From Bigelowiella natans CCMP2755 (taxonomy: Eukaryota > Protista > Cercozoa): a DNA stretch of 37,191 nt. The stretch is from NCBI GenBank assembly GCA_000320545.1, contig ADNK01001155.1:1-37191 (forward strand). The letters are read 5' to 3'. The notes beneath the pieces are model-generated. The model made no database searches. It was not told the DNA's origin and saw only the letters and a list, made by a program, of their open reading frames with translations. Below, one piece after another: positions 22,201-36,002 of this stretch (the first letter of the stretch is position 1; every line of letters starts with the position of its first letter). A program made the translations under genes and the position numbers.

Positions 22201-24204
22201 AACGGTCTCATAACTGCCCGCCGGCCGATGGAACGTGTTAGCTTAGAGTTTCTCGGTTTGCATCGCGGCGTGCTCGGGATGCCCTTGTCTTGTGCGGAGA
22301 GGGTCGCTGCGCTGCAAGTTCCAGCCGACAAATTCAGCTTGCTGAAAGAGGTGCTGCCCTGCGGGGAAGGCGTGGTGGCAAAGACCTTTTCAAATGGGTT
22401 GCTAGCCCCCCCCCCAAATGCCACCGGTGTGTTCATGCAGCATTGGATTGCAAGGAGGGCAGCAGAGGCTCGTTCGCGAGCTCGTCGATTGCAGGGCCAC
22501 GCATATAGAAACGGCATTAGGTGCTCCAATGCCGCGCCTCTGATCGGGACAGATCTCGTTGACCTTCTCACCTTCGCCTCGCCCGTCTACGACGTTCATT
22601 TCAACGCTCGAGATCCTAGGAAGTTTCTTGACGTGTGTCTGAGACTCCGGGACATGATCCTCCTGCCATCTCAAAGAGCCGAGAACATGCGGGGTGTCCT
22701 CAACCACTTCATATGCTACATTCCGAAGGCGCGCGCGCCCCCGATGAAGATGGTGAGTTACAATCTCAACTCGAGGGAGGCGAGGATCTCGCAGGAAAGG
22801 CTGCGTGCGCTGCAGACCTGGGCATCGCCGAGAGTCGATATCTTCTGGCCAGCGTACGCGAGAATGAAGGTCCACTTCCCGGACAAGCGACTCATTCAGT
22901 GGGATTGCGGCAAGCTCCAAATGCTGTCGCAGCTGCTGAAAACGCTGAAATCGGGGGGGCATCGTGTGCTGCTATTCACCCAGATGACGCGGATGCTGGA
23001 CATATTAGAGCACTTCCTCAATATCTACGGCTACAACTATCTCCGTTTGGATGGCTCTACCAAACCAGAGCAGCGACAGCGATTAATGGAGCGCTTCAAC
23101 AACAGCGACAAGATCTTCATCTTCATTCTCTCCACGCGCTCGGGAGGCGTGGGTGTGAATTTAACCGGGGCGGACACTGTGATATTCTACGACACCGATT
23201 GGAACCCAGCAATGGACCTGCAGGCTCAGGATAGGTGCCATAGGATCGGGCAGACGAGAGAGGTTAACATCTACCGGTTGGTGACGAAGAACACCATCGA
23301 GGAGAACATCCTCAAGAAGTCCAACCAGAAGCGCCAGATGAATAATATGGTCATCGGGGACGGGGAGTTCAACACGGAGTTCTTCTCAAAGATGGATCCT
23401 AGGGAGATCCTTGGGATGGACCCGGTATCGTCCAAAGCTGACGATGCCGATGGTAATAGTAAGAAGAAGATGAAGAAGAAGAAGAACAAGGGGACGGAGG
23501 ACGGGGAGGGGGAGGAGGAGGAGGAGGAGGAGCGCAAAAAACCCACGCGCGAGGAGATAGAACGGGCAATGGCCTACGCCGAGGATGCAACGGATCAGCT
23601 CGCAGCGCGTAAGCTCAAGAAAGAGACCGCCGCTCAGTCAGCTGAATTCAAAGATACAACAGCGACAGGAGGAGGGGCGCTCACATCCCATTCATTCGAG
23701 AACGCCCTGTCGCCGGTGCAGCGATACGCCTTGAAGTTCGTCGAGGCCTACGACCCCTCGAGCCGAGTGAGAACCCCCATGGCCATTCACTCCAGAAAGT
23801 CAGCAGCTCGCAAAGCAGCTGCGGCAGACAGGAAGGCCCAGGCCAACAACATGGACAAACAACTGTTTTATCCCTCGTCATCGGCTGGTGGTCCTGGTGG
23901 CAGCAGTATGAAGGGGTTCCAGGCACATGTTGCCTACGTGGAGAAGCTTGGGTTTTACTACGACTCCAAGATTTTCACCCCCCTTCAATTCCCATCACAA
24001 AAGAATTTTGGCTGGAATCCAGGGCAGCACCACCTGCCGCAGCTCGGTAGTGGCGGCAGCAGTAGTACTATCGACGACAAAATGCTGGAGGAAGAGGGAA
24101 GCTTCTTCTCCACAGATTGGAGCATTACGAAGATGTTCTCATCCGGGCACGACAGGAGGAAGAAGGGAATCACGCAGTCCTACATGCAACAGCAACACCC
24201 CCGC

Positions 24205-24236
<32 letters not shown>

Positions 24237-25196
24237 CTCCAAGAAGCGGAAGAGGCGACGGCAGAACGATATGGACACCGCGCCGCTCAGCATGCGTATA
24301 CCGCTGGCGGTGATGAAGAAGAGGAATAGGATGATGATGCGACACCACCGAGGTGGCGGCATCGACAGCTCAAAGGAAAACCAGCTGCCCAGGAAGGCCG
24401 TTTTCCACATAAAGCCAGAGCACCGCGTGTACGTGGAAGGATTCTTCCTGCCCAAGATCGCTGCCAGGCAGCAGCAGCTGAAAAAGCAGCAGCAAATGCT
24501 TCTGAAACCAGACTACGATTCTGCACCTGCTGGTGACCACATTCCATGGACGCAAGACGAGGAAACGCTTGTTGTCCGTTTGCACGGCCAGTACGGCCCC
24601 AACTGGGAGTTCATCGCAATGGCCATCAACAACAACCCGCGAGTAGGAGGCCGCTTGCGCACAGCGCAGTCGTGCCTGCAGCACTACCATCTGGTGCTGA
24701 CTCGCGGCTCGAAGACCGACGAGGAGCTCAGGAAGGAAAGCCAGAAGAGGTACAGAAAGAAACACGAGCAAGCTACTAGCGGTTCGTCATCTTCATCCAA
24801 TCGCAAGAAAAACAGAGGCGATCAAAAGGACAGCTTCAAGGCGGGCAGTCGTGGCGGTGGCTCTTCCTCTCAGAATAAGGGAGGAATGGATGCTAACGGT
24901 GGTGGTGGACCTGGTAGCGTCATGGCCACTCCAAGGCAGCCTTGTGGCAACGTCTACAATCTCATCGATAAATCGATGAAATCGATTAACGCGCAGCGAA
25001 GACTCTCGCTGGAGAGTGACGATTCAAGCGCCAAAGGGCTTGGAAAGTCAGCTCATGCCTCGCATAAGAAGGCTATCACTGACTCCCACACACGTTTGGG
25101 GCTGCCTCAGCTTGCTATTGGAAAGACGTTGATGCCGCACCAGATCATCCAGCTTCGCCATCGGTGTATAATAAATCAAGATAAGCAAAAGGTGAC

Positions 25197-25231
<35 letters not shown>

Positions 25232-26985
25232 CACTGAGACTAATGTATGTTATCGTGTGCTGTGTGTGCGCGCGCATAGAGATATGTAGCTGAAATAGCA
25301 TACGTGGCCATGCTAGAGTGGTAATGAGCGGGTTGAGCGAGTGGATGGCATCTGCTGTTGTCTGCTGTAATAATGCCCGTTGTTTCCCCTCTACACAAGG
25401 AGTAACGACGACTTTGGTTTTTATTATTATTATTGTTATTGTTGTTATTATTATTCTCATTTGATACTACCATTTAGGGTGGTAGCCGAATGAATGTAGC
25501 AGGACAGCAGCAGCAGCAGCAGAAAAGAGGGGGGGGGGGAGCGGGAGGGGCTAGCAGTGCCAATCACCATCAGTATAATAAGGGTGGGTCGACTGCAGGG
25601 AAAAAGAGCTCTGCGTCACAGCGCAAACAGCTTTCAGCCGCTCAGCAGAGGAGATTGCAGCAGCAGCACGACAAGGCACAAGGCGGTGGGGTTAATGGGA
25701 AGAAGTCTTCGGCCTCAGCAACAGCCAGCCAAGCTCGCATGCAATCTGCCGCTGCAGCCTCCTACACACAGCTTCTGAGTAAGTCATCATCATCATCATC
25801 ATCATCGTCGTCGTCGTCATCGTCGTTTTTTAACTTCGCTGCGACTACTCATATTAATACGGGGGGGGGGGGGGGGAGGCTGCAAATGGTCAGATGATAG
25901 TGATAATGATGATGAATAGATGATGATGATGAATAGATGATGATGATGATGATGATACCTCCTGCAGGCAAAAATGGCAGAGGTGCTATGCTTACTGGCC
26001 AACACGTTCAAATGCCGTACTCCCAAGGTACAGCACCGTCCTAGTCGCATCATATACACTTAATAACATAAGCAGTTATTATATTATGTGAATGGCCAAT
26101 ATGTGCAAAGAAGAGTTGTTTCTTCCGATTGTTCGTGGTGTACGATGATATTTATATGAAGAGCGAATCGCAATGTTTTCAACTGAGAGAGAGAAATGCA
26201 TCCACTACTCTATAATAGGAGGGGCTACTGCTGCTCAAATGAGTAAGTCTGGCGTCTCCCTCAATCATAAGATGCTTGCTAGTCACATGCAAGGTGAAGA
26301 AACGATTGAGTATTTGAGGAGATGATGAATATTCATCATAATGAATGAATGAGAGAACTACCACTCGAGAGGCTAGGCGAAGGAAGAAGAGGAGGAAGAA
26401 AAAGGGGGAGGGGGGGGGGGGGGAGAAAAACAGGGGTGTGAAAATAGTTGAACCAAGCCTGCAGATAATATGATGGTGGTGATGATGGTGATGATGAGGA
26501 TGATAGTAATAATGTAACAATCATTTAACGGCTAGTATCCTCTATTCTCTCTCTCATCTATGTCAGGGCGGGGGGGGCAGCAGCTCTCAAGCAAGCAACA
26601 GCAGATGCTGGACCATGCGAAGGGCCTTGTTGCGAACACGAAAGGTGCTTCTGCCGCCTCTGCCGCTACCACCGCACAGCAGCACCTCCAGCAGCAACTA
26701 GCCCAAATACCAGGGGGGGGGCTCCAGCAGCAGCAACTCGCCAACAACCCTGCTGCTGCCGCCGCCGCAGCCGCGGCAGCCGCTGCACGAGGTGTCGCAG
26801 TGGGGGGGCACAGCATGCCCAACACACAGTTCTTGAAGTATGTCATCCAGTCAAGGCCAGAGCTCAAACAAGACCTTGTCAGGATCTTGCAGCAGAGAAA
26901 CCTTAGCGAACAGGAGAAAATCGATAGAATCGCCACTCTTTTCCGCAACACGAGCGCCAAACAGGGCAACCCTGCAAAGAAATGA
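19202..26985 (+). CDS. SWR1: SWR1/PIE1/p400(Domino)-type SNF2 chromatin-remodelling ATPase
   Basis: HSA domain ([30 protein letters not shown]); LREYQHIGLDWL...NGILADEMGLGKT; LILDEAQNIKNF; split ATPase with long insertion; FPDKRLIQWDCGKLQ; QAQDRCHRIGQTR; SANT/Myb (WTQDEE...YGPNW); Q-rich tail. Approximate exons: 19202-19487, 19859-25191, 25478-25778, 25968-26027, 26219-26242, 26567-26985. Confidence 0.95.
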
Positions 26986-27519
26986 GGGAGGAGGAGGCAG
27001 AAGTGGTGGTGTGACTGGAACAGCAAGAAACGATAGAGGAGCACGCGCAACAGGAAGCTGCTGCTGATGCTGTTGGCCGGGGACAATGGATTACTAATCG
27101 TTGCAGCTTCACCTATTTCCCATCATCATCATGATCATCAGGACGACAAACTAGGACAAAACATCATCTCATCACAACCAGATATCAATTAATCTCATCA
27201 CCATCTTTTTCATCACCATCAGCATCACGCTCATTTCTGTATATAGTAGTAGTAGTAGTAGTAGTAGTAGTAGCAGTTAATTCCCTCCCACTTTGCATCG
27301 ATCACTGTCCGCCATCAACTCCATACACTTGAGGGAGGGGATCATGATGGCTAGAGCGCCATCAAGTCTCTTAAAAAAGCATTCAATATCTGTGTGAAGC
27401 ACGCGAAGCAGCCTGCGAAACACCACATAAGATGTGCAAGTACCTTCAGACCGAACATAATTCACGATCGATGAAGTTCCATGATTAATTAAAAGATCAA
27501 TCCACCTGCAAATTTGCAC

Positions 27520-28620
27520 TGAACAGGGTAGCCATGTTCCAAACTCAGCACATGTGATAACTATAGCGTGCATGCAATGCGTGTATCGCTGGTTGTGTGC
27601 CCAGCGAATTTCATGTCGACATTGGTACGTTAGCATCATTGTCATTTTCATTTTGTTCAACGAGCTAGCGAGGCCCAGGCCGTGCACGTCGCTAGCTAGC
27701 TAGATAGCTAGCTACATGCGTACTTGCAAGACGGATGTGATGATCGAAATGTTCAAGTTTTTTCAATGGTCATCTAGTCATCCCAATGTACGTACTAGCG
27801 TAGCTAGCAGGTAGCTGTGCAAAGCAGCGGCTACGATACAACGCTCTGCTAGCGCTAAATTTGTGCCCATTTGTTTCCAGTGTCACGTGCTATGGCGTGT
27901 TGCGCATGCAGCATACATGTGATCGAAAGCATTGCAATTTGGTCGGTCGAAAGCGCTCTCGATGAAAATCTTGAGTGCCTTTATTTTCATTTTCGTGGAC
28001 CGCCTCTAGAACAGTACGTAAGGGAGATGATTGGGAATCACAAGCTAGCAAGGCGCGCGCGCAGGCGCATGTGATTTCGAAAGGCGAAAAACTTGAGATT
28101 CATCTGTTCATCGCCAATAAAGCAGAGATTGCGCAGCTGTCATTTCCCTTCCCAATTTAGGTGTGAACAATGATGAATAAGACACATGCAAGTGCCATTG
28201 CCTGCTAGCCTGCCTCACAGCACCTAGATGCACTTCTCGACTCAAAAGAGGCAAAAGAGAAAGAATTCTGGCATGGAAACGAGAAAGTTGTGGGCAAGCG
28301 GAGAGCAAACGCGATGTCATTTTGACAAAGCTAGAAAGATAATTTTGGTCACTACAACACAGCGGCGGCGGAAGCAATTGAATGCCATCATGTTACGAAA
28401 CTTTGAAACGTAGACTGCTGACTCAGCAAGCTGAAAAAGAAGTACGGACCGCTGCGATCTAGCGATGCGCGTGCTGCACGATATCGACGAGCAAGCACTG
28501 ATGCTTTCACATGCATGAAGCACATGCACATCTAGACATCATCATCATTGCAGAGACAATGGACACAACATGAGCGCTGTAGCCGCTGCTTTGCATTTCT
28601 AGATGGCATGGCTCATCAGG
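27520..28620. other. (GCTA)n / palindrome-rich intergenic island 3, between convergent genes
   Basis: GCTAGCTAGCTAGATAGCTAGCTA at 27691-27714; frequent GCTAGC, GCATGC, CACGTG, GCGCGC and TCTAGA. Confidence 0.65.
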
Positions 28621-28863
28621 CCGGATGACCACATTGTAAATATTTTATCACTTCATCACATCCGTCTCACAAAGCCAAGGTGCTGCACACACACACACAC
28701 ACACTTCTCAAGAGCTAATGTTTTAGTATTCTGCTTAATCTTGAGGGCATTTTTGAGGTCCTGTTTGTTCGCGAAGACAAGAACACGAGCATCCTACCTC
28801 ATGTTTCAAAAGGGAAAACGAGGACTAGAGGGTTGCAGCTTGTCACTTCTTATTCAATCATGG

Positions 28864-30046
28864 TCATGAATCATCCAATAATATCCTCCTCAACACATGA
28901 TTGCCGCTGTCCGAAACTATTATATTCCCATTTGCCTCCACCTAAAATATAAAGCGACCCAAAACCGTGGTTTTGGTAGCACCAACATTAAACCAAAGTG
29001 AGTATCGATCGTATGAAATGAGCTGAAAAGAGCAAAGACAAACGCACCGCAACCCCGTTCGGGACTTGGAATCGAGCAGTCTCTGGCGCCCTGGTGGTTA
29101 TTGTTATTGATGGAGCACACTCATATGAGCAACGATTGTACACAAGATAGTTACAATAGCCTCGCAACAATCAATGGCAATAGCTAAGCTGCGGAGAAAA
29201 GGAGACATCGAGAATCAACCCATTTGAGATTCCGCTTTTACGAGGATTTCCCGCGACAGTGGAAGTCTGAACAACAGGCACATTGTTAGATACAGCAATG
29301 TCACAGAATACCGATCAGGGTGACAGGAAGAGCCTAGAAGAGTGCCCCGTCAAGAGAGAACTGTTCGCTAGGTAGAATCTGCGCATATTATTACTATTAC
29401 TACCTGTCCGGATGGCGATATTTTCCGTATACAGCTGTTCCCTAGGAATGTGAACGACGCGCAAATAAACATCATTGAAGTTGAGTGATTAAAGGGATAC
29501 GCTAATACTGTTTCCCCTCTCCCCCTTGTGGATCCGCGCAGATGTGACGGTGTAGGTAATGGGGAGTAGCAGCATCATTGCGTTCTTATGCTCACCGCAC
29601 AGGGTTTTTCTCTTCACGTTGTGAAATCATTATTGATTATCATTATTATTGTTGTTGTTGCTGTTGGGGATTTCATTTTTCTTATCGTTATATTCACAGT
29701 ACCAATATCTGATATAATGAGAGAGTTATCTGGAGCAACTGCGACCGCTTGCGGGTGATTGAACATGGCAGCCTCCACCTGTAAAGTATCCGCAAGAGAG
29801 TGGGGATAACACGAAGATAAGGGAGGGAGATGCTGCATCATGGAAAGCGATGTTCTCCACGAGAAGCAAAACCAGAAATATTCGCAATATCGATCATGTC
29901 CTTGAGAGTGGGTGGTTGCAGACCTCTCCGTCCTTATATCCAGCAGATATGCCCCTTTTTATAATGATAATAATGGAAATAATGGCACATTTATGATGTG
30001 TGCGGCTACAACAACTACATTATCAATGAACGATTCTCAATAAACG

Positions 30047-30103
<57 letters not shown>

Positions 30104-30278
30104 ATGTGTGTGTTTGGTGCCCTAGTAGCTCTGGAAAGTGTAGTATTACCCAATGATTCTTTGTACTTCCCAGGTTGGCGACACTGAACATCGTAAACGT
30201 TTGATTCATCAAACGAGAGGGGGGGGTGAGGAGAAGAAGAGCGAGCAGGAAACATAGCTTGTTATTAACACACACACA

Positions 30279-30309
<31 letters not shown>

Positions 30310-31412
30310 GCGCACACACACGTTCTTCACATTTATTAGTCGCCTCCTGAAAAGTGAAAACAGTACAACGAATACTAGTTGTCGATTGTAGTAGTACCGC
30401 TTACAACCGCATGCAGGCCCCACCGCATTACAACTTGCAGAATCCCTAGTTGGTGGGGGGGGGTGGGTAGACCAACTCCTCAATCATGACGATAGTGATG
30501 ATGATGATGATGATGATGAGGATGATGAGGATGATAATGATGATGATAAAATCAGAATATCTGTTTTGTGGAAAGACGGAAGGCAAAACGCCATGCATAC
30601 CGTTTCATACATGTTTGAAAACGGAGATTTCCGTGCAATTTAGGATTTTTAGCAACGACAACATCTGCTACCTTTCTTGTCCACGGTAATGCCCGCCGGA
30701 AAATCCAAGGGAAATTCACGATACTCCTACGGCACCAATAAGTGTGATTTCACAGGCTTTGTGACCGAGCATGAGGGGGAAGGAGAGAAGGAGAGAGAAA
30801 GAGAGAGACTGCGATGTGTATATCAAGAATATATGCACTAAAATCTTGCACCTGCAAACTTACAGGAGTACACATAACAGATTTCTAAAATGGAAGTCGT
30901 CTTCTCTTCCGCGCTCTCAGGCAAGAACCACACGAAGGGCCACACAGAGTGTGCATGCCGTCACGCGATCAGACCCGCATCGAGCTAGGATTTGGCCTTT
31001 TGGTTGCCGGGATCCGTTTGCACAATAAACTCTCTCCAGCATCATTACATCTTGGGTTGGGGGGGGTACTACCTCATTAGCGGTAGCAGATATTCTGTGA
31101 GGCTGCTCCTTCATACCGGTGATATCCTGAGAACACTGGTGTAACAAAGCAAGTTGCCGTTCGTTGATTCATTCGTACTTCTCTCACTCGATTTCGATAT
31201 GCAATGGGATGAGGCGAAGAGCTAGGCCGTTAGGCAGGATGGGGGTGGTGGATCTCTTCCTCCACTTACTACCGCAAATTTCCTTGGGTCATACACAATT
31301 CTGCGAGTGAAGACTTCCGTCTGTGGGTAAACAGAGACGTGCATGAGCAAGGGACTCATCATTGTTTGCTGATATACATGCCGCGGGCTACTACAATCTG
31401 AACAACACACAC

Positions 31413-31458
<46 letters not shown>

Positions 31459-32190
31459 AGGGCCAGAACTGCGTTTAATGCGAGCTACAATCGCCATTGC
31501 CATCATCGCCATCATCGTCGAAAGTATCATTCTCATCGTGCGGAAAGCAAGCACGGCTGTTGATTGGATTCGATTGTTTTCGGTGGCTAGTATACCCTCC
31601 CTTCAAAGCTGCTTGGGAAGACAATCTCTCGAATACACATGTTTCCAGCGTCTGCCATTGCAAGTACAAACGACGTCACTACACGACCATGATGAAACCG
31701 TTGACTAAGAAACAAGGAAATGAAAATATGTGTGAATGGCCGAAGCACATCGTAGTCAAACGACGTGCTCGCCGCAAAACAGTGAAAGTTGGGAGAGTCC
31801 CCTAATACTCCGAACAATACCAAATCGTGACCGTGTATTAGCGACATTCCAATCTAACAATGATGCGAATAAGCATCTTCTCTGCTTCTTCTTCGTCTTC
31901 TTCTTCTTCATAGCCATAACATCAATACTATTGTCTCTCAGTAGCAGGTGAAGGTTTGGTAGCCTCCTCCTCCCCCCTCATCCCTCTCCTATTCTACTTG
32001 CTACTTTCTTCTCGGTGGATGGAACGACTATTCAAACACTACCACCACAACAGCACCACCAACAACTACAACAACTACAACTACTCCTACTACTACCGCT
32101 GCTACTACTACTGCTACTACTAATACTACCGGCTATAAGCAATGTCCCTGCCGCTGTTACGGCAATATCACCTTTTGATATGTAAAGAGG

Positions 32191-32234
<44 letters not shown>

Positions 32235-33657
32235 GAAGGGGGGAAGGGGGATGGGAGGAGGGAGATAGTGAAAAGAAGAGAAGTGAGAGTAAGACGACGG
32301 AGACCGACATAAAGTTGGAATAACGGTAATCAAGAAGAAGAAGAAGAAGATGATGATGATGATCGTCACCAGGGGTGTTGAACCGAGCGTGTGCAGCATA
32401 TCCATCCCTATGTCCTGCATAGAATATTACTACCATTAACACACTTTTTAACCGATACAAGTAGCATCCTCATCATCGTTGTCACCATCATTATCATCAC
32501 CCTAGTATTATTCTCCCTAGTGCTATCAAGCTGCTGGCTATTTTCTGCTCAAATAACCTGCTGTTTGACGACCGGCAATGGTTTCAACAGCTCCTTCAAT
32601 CATGGATCAGAAGAAGAAGAAGAAGAAGAAGAACAACAACAACAACAACAACACAGAAATCAAAACCAAGAAAATGCATCATAGGTACTGCTGCAGCAGC
32701 AGTCTCCAGGTGCTCGGAAGTACCGTTCGGCGTAACGACTCGAATAGCATGGTTTTGGGTGTCTGCGACGTACACGCTGCCGTCACGACCCGTACAAATG
32801 CCCTGATTGATGGATGGGCGGATCGATTTGATTGATTGGATGGATTTTACCATCACGAATGTAGTAATAAGAATGCATTGTCATCAGATATGAGCTAAAT
32901 CCGCTTCGTGCTATTGACCCCATCAAAATGGGTAGAAGAATAGGCTGCTCTGTATCGAGGGGTGTGTGCTGTCCTCCTCCTCCCCCTCCTCCTCCTCCTC
33001 CTCCTCCTCCTACTTACGTCTCCTTTTCCCCTCTCTACTTATTCTATTTCCAATCAAAGCTTGCTATCTACTACTACTGCTGCTCCGTGCTACTACCTGG
33101 GGATGGTGAAAAGCCGATAAAAACAAGTTGCCGTCAAACAAACCTACATAAACAAAGATGGAGATCAACGATGTATTACCTATCAGCAAGGATGATCATT
33201 AACGGGGGGGGGGGGGGGGGAAGGGGATAGGAGGAGAAGGAGGAGGAGGAGAAGGAAGATAGATCTGAATCCTTTATTCCATCACATTTCCTTTGCCTCT
33301 TCCTTGCACGATTTCCTATTTCTACACAGCTGCTGCTTTTCCTATTTGATTCTAGCTCCATTATATCCAACATCATTATGGTTCTGTGCTTCCACTCCTA
33401 CCTTCTTTCCTTCTCCCCGCCCTCCCTCACCCCATTCTTTTTTCCCTGTGAAAACATCACTACTGGTATCTACCCACCCCTTTTATCGCTGGATCCGGCA
33501 AGAGTGCATATCTAAGCAATGCCAATGACGACGATGATGATGATGAGGAGGAGGAGGAGGAGGAGGAGGAAAGACAGGGTTACCAAAGAAATATCGAAGG
33601 GGGGGAGGGGGAAGGGGATAGCTGATGGAATTTGCTGAATCGATTGACACATTCAAG

Positions 33658-33702
<45 letters not shown>

Positions 33703-33729
33703 AGTATAATATTTTCTCTCTCTCTCTCC

Positions 33730-33782
<53 letters not shown>

Positions 33783-34110
33783 GGTGTGTGTGTGTCGCTA
33801 AAGCAACTGAGATATTCTGACCTTGTTATGCCTCGTGACTGTTCGAATCACGTTATTCGCTGCATCAGCGATGTAGATTGTACCCTACCCAGCAGTTTTG
33901 GAGTGTAAATGCGACGAAATACACACAGAACGGTAAGGGGGTAGGAAAAGTAGTTTCACCAAGAATTTATAGGTTAAAACTTTTTGTACTTACTCCATCA
34001 TCATCATCATCATCATCATCACCGTCGTCATCATCGTCATCGTCATCATATTGCTGCTACTACTATCACTCTTCCCCTCTCCTCCTCCGCCTACTACTAT
34101 ACTACCACCG

Positions 34111-34141
<31 letters not shown>

Positions 34142-34339
34142 CCTTTCATCAACTGTGATTCCAAATGGGTTGTTGAATCGAGCTTCTAACGGTTTTCCAT
34201 CTCTAATAAATAAACAACATCGATGATGGCAATGCTGATCATATGAGCATAATGAACGACATTTCCGCTCATATCATGAAGACCAAAGCTCGAAATACCA
34301 AAGACAGTTTGTTAGTCAATATCGTTGATTCTAAGAAGA

Positions 34340-34386
<47 letters not shown>

Positions 34387-34393
34387 GAGAGAA

Positions 34394-34445
<52 letters not shown>

Positions 34446-34465
34446 GTTGACAGTGCCCATGAAAA

Positions 34466-34506
<41 letters not shown>

Positions 34507-35380
34507 AACATGTAGTGCATCCTACTTATATCCAGGCTGCTGTGCCTTCCCCGCCATTGTTAGAACCTATTTCGGAAGGTGGTGGTGATGGTGGGGGGGG
34601 AGAGATTTCATTAAATCACATTGTTACTGATGCAACACTAGCGCTCCAAACAAATGCGGGGGGGGGAGGGGGGGGGACGACATTGTTGTTCTCTCCGGAA
34701 AAGAGCATATCATTATTATTTTTACAGTTGTTATTGTTAATATCATCTGAAAGCTCAATCTTATCTCACCCAGGGCGGCGTGATTCCAAGAGCCTCTGGT
34801 TACGTTGGTATTATGCAAGAGAAGATGAAGATGATGGTGAAGAAGAAGAAGAAGAAGAAGAAGAAGAAGAAGAAGAAGGAGGAGGAGGAGGAGGAGGAGG
34901 AGGAGGAAATAGCATACCATGCAACAATCATCGCAAGAACGCTATTTTCTTCATGCAAGGTACAACTACTACTTACTACCGTAATCTGGTCTTGATACAA
35001 CGTAAGGTTGTTGTTGTTGTTGCTGCTGCTGCTGCTGCTGCTGGCCAACACTAAACTTCCTCTTATCGCCTCCTCTCGCCAAAGATGGCGCTGTAGCTTC
35101 TCCATTTGTTAGTTTCTAAAGCAGCAGCAGCAGCAGCGATTGATTTCATCATAATGTTGTTTAATCATAAGAAGGAGGAGGAGGAGGAGGAGGAGGAAGA
35201 AGATTGGGTGATGGTATGAGACACGAAGTGGCAAAGTTTATAACGCTTGCTGGTAGGACAAAGAGCGGTTGCAGTGAACATGATTTGTTTTTGATCAAGT
35301 CTCTTCTACGTGCACTCTCATCAGCATGCTTGTTGATAATCTAGTAGTTGGCAAACAATGATTTGTACATAATCACCAAT

Positions 35381-35411
<31 letters not shown>

Positions 35412-35632
35412 ACAACAACAACGACGACGACGACGATGACGACAACACAATCGCACTCATCTTTGTGGCATTTACCTCGAAAAGCCTCTCTGGGTCTTCC
35501 ATGAGATCGCTGAAAAACTGTACCGTGCAATGGAAAAAGGAGGGGGGAGGGGGGGGGGGGGGAGGGAGAGGCGAACACTCGTGAGACTGGTAATACAGAC
35601 GATTGAAGAAGACACAAAAGGAAAAATATGGA

Positions 35633-35696
<64 letters not shown>

Positions 35697-35827
35697 TGTG
35701 TATGCGTGTGCGTCTCCCTCTATCTTTCTCGCTATCGATCTGATTGTATGAAGCTACCTTTTGGGTGTATTCAGGGCCCGACCCCTTCTCTGTTTCCATC
35801 AACTTTGCCATCATCTGGAGAGAGAGG

Positions 35828-35884
<57 letters not shown>

Positions 35885-35965
35885 TAAAAGGAGGAAGATA
35901 GGATGATGAGGAGAAGCTATCATTTTCCACCAAAAACTTTCTCTTTTTAGTTAGTGGAGTATATT

Positions 35966-36002
<37 letters not shown>

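Noticed and set aside
20001-24779. Antisense and alternate-frame ORFs within SWR1
   Set aside because: Shadow ORFs of a long, relatively GC-rich coding exon.
27277-27687. 136-aa minus-strand ORF with ankyrin-like IDLLINHG
   Set aside because: Single weak motif, no repeat periodicity, non-ATG start.
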